A DNA stretch of 64,000 bases from contig JAQGDQ010000001.1 in assembly GCA_030141605.1 (NCBI GenBank), forward strand, positions 744,001-808,000, read 5' to 3'. The stretch is from Tubiluchus corallicola. Taxonomy: Eukaryota; Animalia; Priapulida. Positions 12,423 through 26,700 of this stretch are shown here, in pieces. The translations under genes were made by a program, and so were the position numbers. The notes beneath the pieces are model-generated. The model was not told the origin of the DNA. It ran no database searches and saw only the letters and a list, made by a program, of their open reading frames with translations. Each line of letters opens with the position of its first letter. The first letter of the stretch is position 1.

Positions 12423-14482
12423 ATGCTGGGGTATGTATATACATAGAACGCGGTCTCTGACTGATAGAACTGTATTGGGTGTGAGGGTATAGGACGAAAG
12501 TTACGTGGCAGAAAACAGTTTAAACTTCCTGTGTAAGTTCAGCTTCAGAATAATAATCGTTTTGTTGATGTGCTACATAGGAACCATAATTCAAATTTTA
12601 AGTATCATAACAGTTATTTAGTAAACACGATTATGATTTTATGACAGTTGTGTGATTTATAAACTCACCGTGCGTCATAAAACTCATAATATATCAAGTG
12701 TAACATCCGCAATGCAACTTGGTGAAATTAAATAAGGTTAAAAGTGAGTCCACTGTCTATGATCCGTCATTTTCTAATTTAACAGTGAATAGAGAATTGT
12801 TTCTGCAAAATTGTGATGCACTCTACAATTCTTGTAAGAGAAAAAGAGTGTGATGTCACTGATGTGAGATTTTTAAAGTCTACGACATTTTTGACGTTTT
12901 TTGTTGCCCAACCAGTTTGATTAATGCGGGTATATATTTCTATAGCTGCGCAATAAAGAGTTTTCAGGGTTTTGTGGTTCGCAATAGTTATTGCAATTAT
13001 TGATAGCCTAACCACGGACGAGTCCAATTCAAAACACGGTCAAGGGGTGAAGATACAATAAAATGACGCGAGAAAAATAATGTAGAACTAGTAGACTCTA
13101 ATCATTCATCACTGTGAAAATGAATTCACAATTATTAGAAACCCGATTTACAATTATAATTATATGCGACTGTTCAATAAATTCAAGGGTGCAGCAATAT
13201 ATATATTTCTAGTCTAGAAGCCACAATACGGGTACATATTAAATTTACTTCGTTACGGTCGGTTATTGCACTAACTATATCGAGAAGAAACTGTTAAACG
13301 CAATCACCAAAACCGCTGTAGAAACAGCTTTCTCTTTAAATGGGAGCTAATATTTTAAATAAACATTTGCTTTAATCTTTGTTTACCTCTTATTATTTTT
13401 TGGGCATTACTGATGTTGTTGATAAAAAGGAAATAAAACGGGTCTTTTTGTGGCAGACCACTTCCCCGGCTCAGGTAGAAACTGCTTTCCAATGCAGTTT
13501 TAACAATTGAAGGTGCTGGTAAATGTAAAACAATGTTTGGGTTAACTATTTGTGTTGTGGTAAGTAGATGTGATATAAAAATGAAACTGCTTATGGTATA
13601 TTACCAGGAAAGAGAGTGAGATTTGCATGAAATATTTTTGATTTGAAGCAATAAGCTGAAAATAAGAATATAAATGATCAAGTTAGACATAATTTCTGCT
13701 GCAACTTGACTAATAGTGAAACTGCTTATGATAGCCCAAAACTCATAAGGAAGGTATTTGCCTGAGATCTATTATTTCTAGTTCATGTACAACATAACTT
13801 ACATCTGAGATTTTGTCTGTGGCACTTTGCTTATTTCAGGGGGTCACAGTTTTCAACAGAAAATTGACTTGCTCAACACTTCATGCAATCCAACCCAGCA
13901 TGACAAGTTTGTTGCTCAATTATTTCACAAATGTGCAGATTCAATGATTCCTGCTTTAACATGTGCCATGTTTCATTTTTGTGAATAAAACAAGCTTTCT
14001 TCATAAAAATCGTTTTCATCATTTCAAATTTTTTTAATGTAGAAAATTAGTCCTGGTGAAATTGACTACTTATAAAAATACTTAAGTCAGTTCACTGGCA
14101 GTTTTTTTCAACAAATATTTGGGCTTAGTGCTTAATTAATGATTGTAATAAACTGTGTTAATTAGTGATTGTTATTTCTTTGTATAGGATTCTTTTATTT
14201 ACAATTCCTTTGACATTAAAGAAATAGTCTGTAAACTGTTAATAAATATGCCAAGAGTGTTTTGAAGCATTAGACTTGATCATCGTGTCTGGTAATTGAA
14301 ATACATGCTGCACATGCAGATGTGTATTATAACAGCCTATCTGGCAATAAGAAAATAGATTGGCCAAGTGACTGCAAAAAAAAAAGATGACTGATGAAAT
14401 AATTATGATAATAAATTTCCCTTTCTTCGGCGATGAAAACTACTTCATCTAATGGACATTTTTCAGATGTGGGAAGAAAGAC

Positions 14483-17400
14483 ATGGCAAATTTATTCAGC
14501 ATACATCTACCTGTGCTGTTCTTACTATCTACGGGATGTACTGGTTACTTCAGTATTCCAACAAGCGATGACGACCACTCGGACTACTTTGCTGCACTCA
14601 GTAAAACATGTCCAAAAACCTGCGACTGTCTAACATTCCAGTTATCCAGGTCTATAATGTGTGAGTCTGGCGGACTACCTGAAATACCTGACGATCTACC
14701 TAACCCAACACGAAAGTTGAATTTGAGGTTGGTATCTCAACATTAAAAATGCACATTAACATTGAGCTACCAGTGTCTGAAATACTTCATTGCTGAAATT
14801 TTCTTTTAGTCAGATCACTAAGATCAGGAATAGTTAATTACAAGTTTTGTAATTAAAAATTTGGCCAACTGAACTACAGATAACTCTCCAAATGCGCTCA
14901 AAGGAGGAGTATACAATACACACACATTGCATTTTTTAGATTTTAGAGTAAAAACATGTTTTAAAGACATTTGAAAATTTTAAGCAGTCCAATATTTAGT
15001 CAGATGGCCAAAAGACTGACACTGCACTCTATGTTACTAGTATAGTAAAATTTGCAAATTTTATAGGCATAATCAGATCAGTGAAATTGGTGACCAGGTA
15101 AACAGGTATAGTCAACTAGAACTACTGGATTTGAGTGAGAACATGATAACGAAGCTCAACCCGGGAACATTCCACAATCTGACTAATCTTCGCTGGTTAC
15201 GATTGGAGAAAAACAGGCTAAAAGATATACACGTGGAGTCTTTCAAGGGTTTGAGTTGGCTGCTCACTCTTAATCTCAATGATAATAATATTGGATATAT
15301 TCCAGGTACAGTAGATTAAATTGTATTCTTATAGTTCGCTCATAGTCTCTTAGTTTCATAATGTCGTAGCTTATATCCTCTAGGCCATAGTCTTATGTGG
15401 TTTTTGAATACTTCATACTTTAACTTTATAGTGTTGTTTTAATTTCTCTATTTCACTATATTTGTAGGTTTAGTGTTGAACTGAATTGATTCTATTCAAG
15501 TTGCACTCGTTAAATTACAGTATTAAATGTTATGCATATGTGATATGTGAGCCGTCATAGGATCTGTGTACCATCATAAAACATTTGTGAGAGATTATAC
15601 TTATCAATTTTCACACTGTAATTGCTAACTACTTTGGTTCATCAAATTTTTTGTCTTTTGTTTGTTTCAGCGGGAACTTTTTCTGATCTGAAGAACTTGA
15701 GGGCACTATATCTGTCTCACAACATGCTATCCAATATTCAGATGTCAAGCGGTACATTTGCTGGTCTCCACATGCTGGGAAATTTGATGTTGAAAAACAA
15801 CAATCTGCGTGCTGTCCCGGCTAGTGCACTGGGTCCCATCAACCAGACAGACACACTCGATCTCAGTTATAATAGCATCAAAGTTTTGCAGAGACATGAT
15901 TTTGCTAATGTTCCTCATTTGGGAGAACTGCGACTAAATGATAATAAGTAAGTAACATTTGGTTAGGATAAAATAAACTTTGTTTGGTATAAACCTAGAT
16001 TCCAAGTAGATTTGCAGACCTGCGTCAGGAACAATATGTTGCGGAGCTGTGGACTTACAGCGCTTGCAGACCTGACAGTGTCGCAATTATTAATGTATTT
16101 CTTAACTATTATTTTCAGACCCAACTTCAAACTGGAATTGCAAGTTTCAGTTTGAAGTTTTCTGACAGCTTTATGCAAATCTTGTAGGTTGAAAACATGC
16201 TCTAGCTAGTCACTCAGTATGTGCCTTAATCCCTTTTAACAAAGGAGCACAACAAATGACATAATCAAGTTAAATAAGCCTTTTCACAGTTTCGTTTTGA
16301 GCATGCGCTGTTGCTGTAGGTCAAAGGTTAGGTGTACCGCAGCAGCGCATCGTAACTACAAACGTCACGTGACATGTGGGTCAAGCAAAGCATCTGCCAC
16401 ATCAGATCAGTAATTTCAGTTGTTTTACATGGACTTTATTTAGTTATGCATTAGTCTGTGCGCAGAGTGATTTACTAGCAGGATCTTGCTTAGGAACAAG
16501 AAAAAATGAACTAGATAAAGCTCTAGCTAGCTGTTAAAATGGTTACTATTACAGCAGCATGCTACTTTAGTAGCATGGGCTGCGAGGTTACCTTTGACCT
16601 TTTCACGATCATCATCAATCACTGGAACTGTGAAGACTTATTAGCATCTCAGTTTCAGATACTATTGATTTTTGTCGTGGGTCCCTGAGGAGTTACTGAC
16701 CATTTTAATATATGGAGTCCGAGGATCCATTCTTGGAAAATGGGGTCCATACATCTCTGTTAAGGACATGATATGCGTGCTGGCCATTTCTGCAGTGTTG
16801 GCAACAATTCGTAGCAATATGTATCGAACTAAGACTTAATTCGTTTTTCAGTATTTCAACAGTTGACCGTTGGACATTTCAAGGTTTACTCCACTTGAAG
16901 AATTTGTTCTTGCACAACAATGTGATGGCATATGTTCCAACAGAAGCATTAGTGACATTGACACAATTACAGTTCCTAGATGTCAGCGGCAACATGTTTA
17001 CAGTGTTGCATGAACACTCATTTACTTCAATGGCTGGGCTGGAACATATAAAAATCAACCACTGTCCTCGTTTAAAGAGTATTTTAGCAAATGCATTTTC
17101 TGGTGGACTTGGTCATCTCCAGTCATTGGAGATCAACAATAACAGGCTTCTTCATCACATCGATCACGATGCTTTTAATGAATTGTATTCATTAAAGTCT
17201 GTTTATCTAAATGACAATAATCTCGTTACAATCGATGATGATTTACTAGAGTGGGAATTTCTTGAACATATTGATCTGAACAGAAATCCATGGAGGTGTG
17301 ACTGTGACCTAAAGTGGTTACCTACAATGATGAATGTTGCTAAAGACACTACAAAGCAGTTGCTGACCATGGTCAAGTGCAGGGCACCAAATCGTATGTT

Positions 17401-17653
17401 TAACAAAACCATCATGGGATCCAATCCTAAAGATTACGTTTGTCATTATCATAGAACAGATCATCGCATAGTTGTGGCGTCTATCGCTACTGGTTGTGTT
17501 CTTGTAATAATCATTGTTGTTGTATTAATATTTAAAAGTCGTCATTACATTGCAGATAAGTGGAGAGGCAGGTTTAGATATAAGATGTTCGACATGGGCA
17601 GTGTTCAACTGTCTAGGCAAGAGGAAACCAACTCTCAGTCCGAACCATGTTAA
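14483..17653 (+). CDS. Single-pass leucine-rich repeat transmembrane protein, 520 aa (signal peptide-LRRNT-LRRs-LRRCT-TM-short tail; tartan/capricious-like architecture)
   Basis: Exons 14483-14727, 15067-15305, 15671-15947 and 16852-17653 total 1563 nt with matching phases. Hydrophobic N-terminus, LRRNT CPKTCDC, repeated LxxLxLxxN units, LRRCT NPWRCDCDLKW...VKCRAP, TM IVVASIATGCVLVIIIVVVLIF. Confidence 0.92.
16273..16642. mobile_element. MITE (PIF/Harbinger-like termini) in intron 3 of the LRR gene
   Basis: Imperfect TIR AATAAGCCTTTTCACAGTT / GAACTGTGAAGACTTATT plus an inner inverted pair AGGTCAAAGGT (16318) / ACCTTTGACCT (16590). Confidence 0.6.
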
Positions 17654-20600
17654 TAATGTTAGTGTAAGGCTTTAGTAAGAAACCAACATAAAATGTAGTG
17701 AGTCTACTCTTAACGATGCTCTCTTTGATGATGATTAGTTTTAACAATGATGAACTTTGCACACATGAATAAGAACAAGAAAAGCTTGGGCTAACTTCAC
17801 GAAAGTTGCAAACAAGAAAATCAATATTTAGAAGCTTTGTTTAAATGGATAAGTGTAAAAAATCACCTTACCTGTTATTTTATGCAGCTACTTTTAAGTA
17901 AAATTGTAATTAGTTACCTATTAGAAACAAATAATGTGAGTAATTGCAAATTTTGTTTAAACTTGTAGTATGAATATTACTGCACCTGCAATTTTATAGA
18001 ACTTGTGCACTTGTTTTAAGTAACATTGTAAGTAGTTACGTTTTTCCCTTTAGCAAACAAATTATTTACAAATGTAAGCAATAAGACTCAAAATAATGGA
18101 TATGAGCTAAGCATTAGTGAGCTTTGCTCCTGGAACATATCCCCTACATATTTGTTGACACATGGCCCTCACTTAACACTCCATTTTGCTGAATTGCATT
18201 ATACCACTATTAAACAAGAACTTATTGTATTTCAAAGATTCTTATGTAAACTGAGCTAGTCACTGATGCATATTATAATGAAGTGAACATACATGTGCAA
18301 CTGTTGTAAATTTTGTAAATATTTGGTAGCCTATACATGTGCATATATAATTATGAAAGCACTAGCAGAAAGAATGTTTCAAGAAATTTGTAAAATTAAT
18401 ATACTGTTGTTAATACAAGTGAATTATGCAATATCTAAATTAATAAAACCCACTTCAAAAAAAGTTTGAAAACTTATTGTATTCCCAAATTTCATTATAA
18501 TGTCAGGTTTACGATGCCGCTGAAATTGGCCTTATTACAGGGTTGGCACTAGTTAATTTGGTTTAGCGTTTTTAGATACTTTACCATATGACAACTCTAT
18601 ACTAATGATGTGTTTTGTAAAAATTAACAAGCTTTTAGTTTTATGATCAATGGATACAGCTGGATTTTAATTTGCTATTGTGCTTAAATGTAACTATAAA
18701 ACGTTTTGAGTGGAAGGTTTAAAATTAGATACATGTGAAAACTGATGTGATTTTTTTTGCATCAAAACGCACTCTAGTACTGTATAATACTAGGAATTGT
18801 TTTCTGTATTTTTTCTATTTTCTACTTTTTTGCTGTACCAAAACATTGACTTATTTGACACTACCCAACATTTTTTGTATAATTTAGTGCTTTTTCCATA
18901 TTATTAACTTTATATTCAAATACTCCTTGTAATGGGTTTAAGCTTTTATTCTAGTCACAGTACTGTATAAATTGATACTTGCATTGATCAAATATTATTA
19001 AGTTTTGTAAATTATGCACGGAGGATCAGTGCAAATGCAACTGTAAAATTTTTTTTTTGTATTTTGACTTTATCGCACATTTTGGAACTTGGATTTACTA
19101 ACATGCAACCTTTCGTTTTAAATGAATTTAATTTAACTTGCAATTTATTTTATTGACCTTGAATACAGCACAATCGTATCTGCATTGTCATGTTTTATCT
19201 ACATTTTTATATCATTATTCATTCTAGTTAAATGCATTGGTTCTTTAAACACTGTAAGCTGGTATGCAGTATTTTGTTGCAGGACCCTTACAGTAAAAGT
19301 TCAGACACATCACTCAACATGATAAACATCCAGTGGGATAGAGTTAAACACTCAATAGTGATTTTTCTGGTAGCCACTTATCCATTTACAAACCAGCATA
19401 AATTTTGATCAATGAGCATATAGCTTGACTATTTAATCATTGTTTTGTCCCCATAAGTAAATCTGTAAAATTGATTGGTTATTCACAAGTTGAACAATGA
19501 TTTAAATTGTTTGCAGAGATATAGCTGTTACTCATAGTTACATTATAGTGTTGTACATTTATCAGTATTAGCTATTTTATATGATTTAATATAGAAAGTC
19601 AATTGCTGTTATGAAAGTCAGACTTTGAAGTTTGTATTACGAGTAACAAAGGCTGACTAGCAAACACAACTACAACAAACAACTGCTAGTTATGTTGCAT
19701 ACCTATAAATGTGTATGCTCTGTGCATCCTACACACTTGTTATCATTGTCACTAACATCAGCAGCTAATGCCAATTGAAACCAGTAAATTTGTGCGTTAC
19801 TGATATTTAATTCAGTAACAGTACTATGCTGTTATGAATATAGATATTGAATAATCCCATAATGTTAATAATGGGTATAATTGAGAAGCCCAGTAGTGAA
19901 AATGTACCTTATAAAACAGAATGCATGTCCAAATTCGATTATTGCAATTTGGCCTTTCTGTTTGTAAAGGTGAATGCTGTAGGCTTGTTAACAAAAGCCT
20001 GCTCACACCTGTTGCTTTTTGAAGGATATGGAGACTTGCTATGCAATAAAGTTTATTTTACACCATTATTCTGGATCTTTTACCCTTTCTCATCTGCCGT
20101 GAAATTTCATTACTCGTATGCCACTTTATGCATCCTGAGATCAAACCCCGGATCCATTACAATATTTTCAAATTTCATGGATTACTATATAAATAAATTT
20201 TGCAATGTTTTTCCTTGTGATACACTATTTTTCACTATAGCTCACTGAGATATTTACCAGACTGAGAAATTGATAGTGCACGATATGGCAAGTAGAATAT
20301 ACGGAATTTTGGAGAGTAATAATGCATTCGAGGTTAGTGTAGCAAAGCTCATCATTAAGATCTTATTTCATTATTAAAATTTAAACAACGTCATATCAAG
20401 TTTCACTTTTGTACGTATTTTTAGTTAAATTAACTAGCTTAATAAATTCCTAGAATTCCATATAACAAAGTAGTAGGTCCCCAGCACAGTACTGTTTCTG
20501 TGGCATCTGTACAATGGCTTTGATTACAATATAAGAACAAAGGATAAATGTATGTAACACAGACTTTAACGATGTAAGTGCTACCAATAAAAAAGTGAAA

Positions 20601-20743
20601 AATTCTAATCGTTTCATAAACAAACTTGTTATCACAGACAAACCATATCACAGACATCTCCAAATGGGATAACAGTAAATGAATGTATAGGAAACTTCAA
20701 TATACTTCTGTACAAACTTTCTTGCTTTTCCTGTAGCCTTGGT

Positions 20744-23700
20744 TTAATCAGACAAATCTTCTCTAAGATATTCTCTGGATAGCTGATCAGCCTACAAAAA
20801 GCATCATATACTCGGAAAAACATCACACAATTATTGAAATTTTTGTACTATTTTAAGAACATACTAAAGCAAAAGCATTATGACAGAAGTAACAATAACT
20901 ATATTAACACTCACACAGGATTAATTGTTAAGGATTTAAGGTGATAACTATTAGAGTGTATTTGAGATGTCACGTTTAATAAATAATTTCATTTATTTTG
21001 GGATACTTGTACAAATGTTATTGTTTTTGCTAAGAAAGTTTGAGTCATCATTACACGCTCATTTAAAATGTTATTATCTTAATCCCCAATTTAAAAAACA
21101 ATCTTCAACTTATACACAAAAAGTCACCAATACTGATACAGTGGAAACTGAATAGCAGCAACGTTACTTCATTGCCAGAAAACGTGATTATTTTCATAAA
21201 TACTGAGATTTCCTTTCTTTTACTACTATTTGAGACTACTTTGGTTGACTGAGTTCATTAAAATTTCTGTGCAGAATGCTGAGTACAATTGTTAGCATTC
21301 TGCCCAAAAACTTTGCTGCTTACTTCACTCCAACTAAAACTGAAAGATGACTAGTGAATACTCATGTTAAAAAGAAAAATAGAAAATATAGAGCAACCAA
21401 GATTTCAAAAAAGATGTTTTGTTAAATATATTTAAATGTCAAATACTAGTATTTTTGATGGCATTACTTTGAAAATTATCTTCCACTAAAATTTCGCAAA
21501 ATTAAAACACGGTTTAAAGGGTAATATCATGAAAATCAAGTTAAGCTTATTTTATAGTTGCCTTCCCCGGGAATAACTTGGCAAAATTTTTTTTAGCAGT
21601 ACGTTGTCTAATTAATGAGTAATTTTATCTCATGGGAAACGCCATGGAGCTGCACTAAAGCCTCTCCCGGTGAAAAAATTGAACTAGCGCAGCTCAGGCT
21701 GATGACGTAACAGAGTGTACCCGCAACTTGTTGTGACACTGTCCTACACAACTGGGCTAAAAATAAAGCTGCTATTACTATATTACAGCATTTGACCTTG
21801 GTTCGTATAGGTAGTTCAGCTGATAGAAACGATTGTCATCGCACTTATTCACATGTTTTCATCAAATTCTGCAAAAGCGATATATTTTACTAACATTGAA
21901 ACTTATAGGTTCATTATAGTATATTATAATAAAGTGTAAACAATCATTGTGCAAAAGTAGGTCTAAAGCATATTGTGAAAATTCTTGTGGCATTAATTGA
22001 AAACATCGTCAGCAATACAAGCTGTAAAAGCATGGGCCTTGGTAACAAAAGTTTTTCTTGTAAAACGAGTCCAATATAGCTACTTCATTCTGCTAGAAGA
22101 ATTAACGAATTTGTAAACACAGAGGAACTCACTGAAGCATAACTATAATGCTAGTGTGACAACTTTTAGTGACAGCTTCATTTTATCAGCCTTGACAGAA
22201 AATATGCAAACCCCATCGACACAGAGATTATAACATATTAGCTGTAGACTTATTGATTAAACATATATGAACATTTCTAACTTTGTCGTGTTTCAGTTAG
22301 TTAAATCAGTAAGACTCTTAATATCAACCAGAACTTTAACCGTTGTTCATTAGCTTTTGTTTTTACATGATAGCAACATGTTGTGTTTATTTTTACACAG
22401 CAGTATTATTAAAACAGTAGAATTAGATAAAATTCTTGTGGTCAGTTGGACTGAAATAAAAATTAATGATAATAATACGTTATTATTAATATAATTATTA
22501 TCCACTTTTACAAAATAAAAAACAAGCAATATAATGTGATTCGATGGCAAAATAATTATTTATTGTGTTGTTTCCAGCAAGTTATTCTGACACTCATTCT
22601 ACTATAAAGTTGAAAAAAGTATATGTAGTACAAAATAACCTAGTACAATGCTCTTTGTGCTACACAAATTACTAAATACACTGAAGTTTATTTATTGTTA
22701 TGGTGTAATTGGTTATGGTGTAAGCATTAACAATTTGCAGTTGTCAATTTACGATTTATAATGTTTTTTCTTTAGTTATTATTCAAAATTGAGGAAAAAG
22801 CATCATAAATAAAATTTTAGCACAACAAATTGCATTACATAAAGTGATTGTGATATTTTTATTGAAATGGATACAAATCTCGAGACGACTAAACTGCATC
22901 GATAAACTATGCACTTGGGCTTAAAATGAAACAAAAAAAACACTACAAAAAACTGCATCTGACGTAATTTCTCCGAAGTATAAGCACAATATTTTTAACA
23001 CTAGAGTTCATCATGTTCTAAACTTATGTTTCAAAGCAAACAGCGGAGAAATTATCACACAGGAGTGAATCCAGGTTTTTAGGTTGTACTTTCATTGCTT
23101 CGATAATTTTCTGTTGCTCATTGGAAACTAAAAGTTATTATATTTTGGCTTAATATTTCGATACTTTCCGTCTGACTGCTGCATCCCATTCTAATTGCTG
23201 AATTCTAGTGTAACACATTCCACAACCGTTTTTCAATAAGAATAATCAGACTGAAACCGAGCAAATCACACATTCAATTTACAATAAGCTAATCTTTACC
23301 GTGATACCATCACTAGGTATAAACTGCGTAAAAGTACTGTATGTTGAACGCTGTTTGTCGATGTAAGCAAGTACTCAAACAAGTGTTGTGTACAATCGTT
23401 CTCCCGTTGGGCATTTTGCCAAGTTTCATCTGTAATACGGCAATTTCGTCACCAGGGGTGCAGGCGCAGATACATGCTCAATGGCGGTCTAGTCAAATGT
23501 TCGTTTTGTGTACAGTTTTATCCGAACTTTTGCCAAGGATTCTTAAAGATGAAATTTTCGTGAAGAATGAGGTACGTATTTCTATTCACAGTATAATCGC
23601 AAGTTATTCAAGCTCAACTTAATTTTGGTGATATTCCCCCTTTAGGTTGCAAATGCCTAAGTATGGATATGCAAGTGTGCCAAGTATGTGCAATGTTTAT

Positions 23701-26700
23701 ATGAAACTTTATGGATACGTCTTAATGCATTCTCGATTATGATTTTTGGGATATATAACACTATATTTGTCTGCTAGTCACAACAGGTATCAAGAATGCT
23801 GCTGCCATTACTTACAAAGACCAGCAATGGAACAATTTTAAAGTCTGTGTAAATGGCTGATAACTCATCATACAATAAATCTCCAAACATGAAATTTTGC
23901 CTTATTTGCAACATGCATGCAATTTAGCCAAAAAACCTTGAACACTGCATATCTGTTAATGAACTGAATAACTGCATATTGACTAACCTGCCTCACCGGC
24001 TCTGGAATTCTATATTTGCAGCAAGATAGTGTCATTTTAACTGCAGTCTGTAAATTGACTCTATGTCCTGGAGAAACATAGACAGGATTAGTGGCACCAT
24101 CACAACTTCGTAATGCCTGTAACAAGAAAATATAAATGAGTAATAATGTACATACACATTAACTTACGCTCTTTTGCAACAGTCTGTAGTTAATGGAAAT
24201 TGCTACAAACCATGCTACATAAAACTAAAATACTAGCACCAGTCAAAATCGTATACTTACGGCGCCAAGGGTTTTTCCACTTTCTCCAATTAAAAGAAAC
24301 ATATCACCAGCATTGAGCAACTGTGATCGAATCTGAAGAATGAACATCAAGTTTAAACTACTCATGTATTTCATTTTCTTGAAATCAGAAACAGTAAAAC
24401 GTGAGCAGAAATAGTTAGTGCAGTATAAAAAAGTTTCATACTTTTTCTTTATGCTGCTGATTATTTTCGATTCCATCCGTACAGTACAGTGTTTTGGCTA
24501 CACCAATAGTAGGAATATCCAGAATCACTCCAAAATGACAGGCTTCTCCAAAACCTAGTCATGAAATTAGGCAATAAAAGATTATAAATATTTATAAATT
24601 TATAGATATTGGTACTAAGCTGTCAGCAATTTCTCTTCTTATGAAACTAGAAGTTTAACAAATTGATCAGTTTAAATTTAAAGAACAAAGATATTGATGC
24701 ACTGTAAAAAAACACACTATGCATACTTTTAAATAAACACTTACTGAAACAATTTTGTTAGATCTTACCTCGACAGTGAAGAGTCCCATTCCCATCAACA
24801 AGGACAACCTGAAGTACACAAGATATAGACAACATTAAAATGCACGTAGATGTAATAACATTGTTTATTTTAAGACATCATAATATGATGGTTTGCCAAA
24901 AATTCTCAGTAGGACTCAGAAGACTGCATGGTTAGCTACTTTTCGCTTTATTTTTTAAGTGATTTCCTCTAACTACTTGTCTGATAATTAGTAAAAAATT
25001 GTCACTGAATTTAGCTATTAAGGTGCTTTAAGAATAGAATAAATGTCACACAGCAAAATACATTGAAATTTTCCTGAAATAAATTGGCAAAGTGGATTTC
25101 TGCCAAAGTTTAATAGATTTGAGCTCAGAAATGAAAGACGCAAATAGATTTGAATTCATTTTTTTAAAATTCTGCTCAGCACTACCAATTTAACATTACT
25201 TTGATTTTAAAGTTAATGTGCCATTCTAGATAATGTCTGAGACTGTAAGGCTAAACATGCACAGGCAGTGAGGTCGATAACCTATCATGATTATAGAAAA
25301 CAATTACAATGACTTTAATTATTACAATAAAAAATATGTCAACTTCCTCAATGGTAATCCTTCACTGGGGTAATAATTTTTATGGAGTGACCATAATAGC
25401 TAGCATAATTAAAATAAATAGATATTTTGTGTGTGATTGGCGTGCTTGCTCTTGCCACAAAAAGTGATTATAATCCACATTTTGCTCAAAAATTCACAGT
25501 AGAGCATCAAGAGAAAATTGTCCAATTACAAATACTTTAAGAGATAAGTCAAGAAGTATAAGCTAAAGTTGTTATTTTGTTTGCAGAACAACCACTGTGG
25601 TCTCCCTTATAAAGTACCCCACTTGATTGTATCACTCCTTCAGTCCACAGTTACTGATCATGGTTCTGCATAATTGCTTTAGATAACAAAAACATAATCA
25701 ACATAAAAACAAAGAAACACACCTGTGGTAAATACTGAGGTTCGCTGTCTCTTAATTCCTTAAAAAGTTTCACCAGAAAGTTAACTTCTCGAAATGCCAG
25801 GAATCCAGGTATATAAGGGTGTTCAAGTTTTACTTTTTCACACTTACTGTAGACTAGCTAGAAGATACATAACAAGGCCATTTAAAAATTTCCCAAAACA
25901 TTTTTTTGCATAATTCATTTACATACATAAACTGTATAATACTTACAGAAATGACTCGCCACTTACAAACCCATAGCATAGAGAATAAAAAACAATCACA
26001 GTAATACATTATTAATTACACAAATCTGGTCATCATAAAAAGTCATTAATGAAAGGTGAAGTGAATAAAGATCAATTTTTGCATCTTAGCTTTCCTGCAG
26101 AATAAGCTGACTTGTCACAATACACTTGGCAAATTGGTTCAAAGCAATTTCACCTGCTATAATGCCTGGACTATTTCTGTTTGTTAAAATGTTTCTTGCT
26201 ATTTAGCATCTCATCTGAACAGGCTATCCTAACAGCAAGCTAGGTCTCATTTCTCCCACAAAATGAACATTGCCACACAAAATTGCTCAAAAATGTACTT
26301 AAATATGCTTTCCGAAGAAGTATAGATCTAATTGAATAGTTTGTTACCAGTGAAAATTATTAATCATATGACACTTTGCAAGATAACATGACGTAGGTCT
26401 GAACTACAGCAAAGTAATGGAACTTACAATCAAATCTGGATAAGACACAACAACAAGTGCAGCACAAGCTATACCACTGTCTTCTTTTACAAATGATATA
26501 TCTACTCCACCAACATATGTTATACCTTTAAACACCTGCAGCAAAATAATTATAATCGTTGTATACAGAAAATGACAAAAACATACAATGTTGCCTAATA
26601 AAAAATAAAAAATAGTTGCTCACATAACTGGTGTGTAAATGCAGACAGTTTGGGCACTCATTTGGCTGCTGCTTTTCATATTTTTACCCTGGACATTCTC

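Noticed and set aside
14483-17653. VLR-like rearranging receptor or Toll-like receptor
   Set aside because: The gene is complete with no flanking LRR cassettes in the window and no TIR domain.
19847-20248. 133-aa ORF between the LRR and ENDOV 3' ends
   Set aside because: Non-ATG start, no motif and no splice context; probably chance or decayed repeat.
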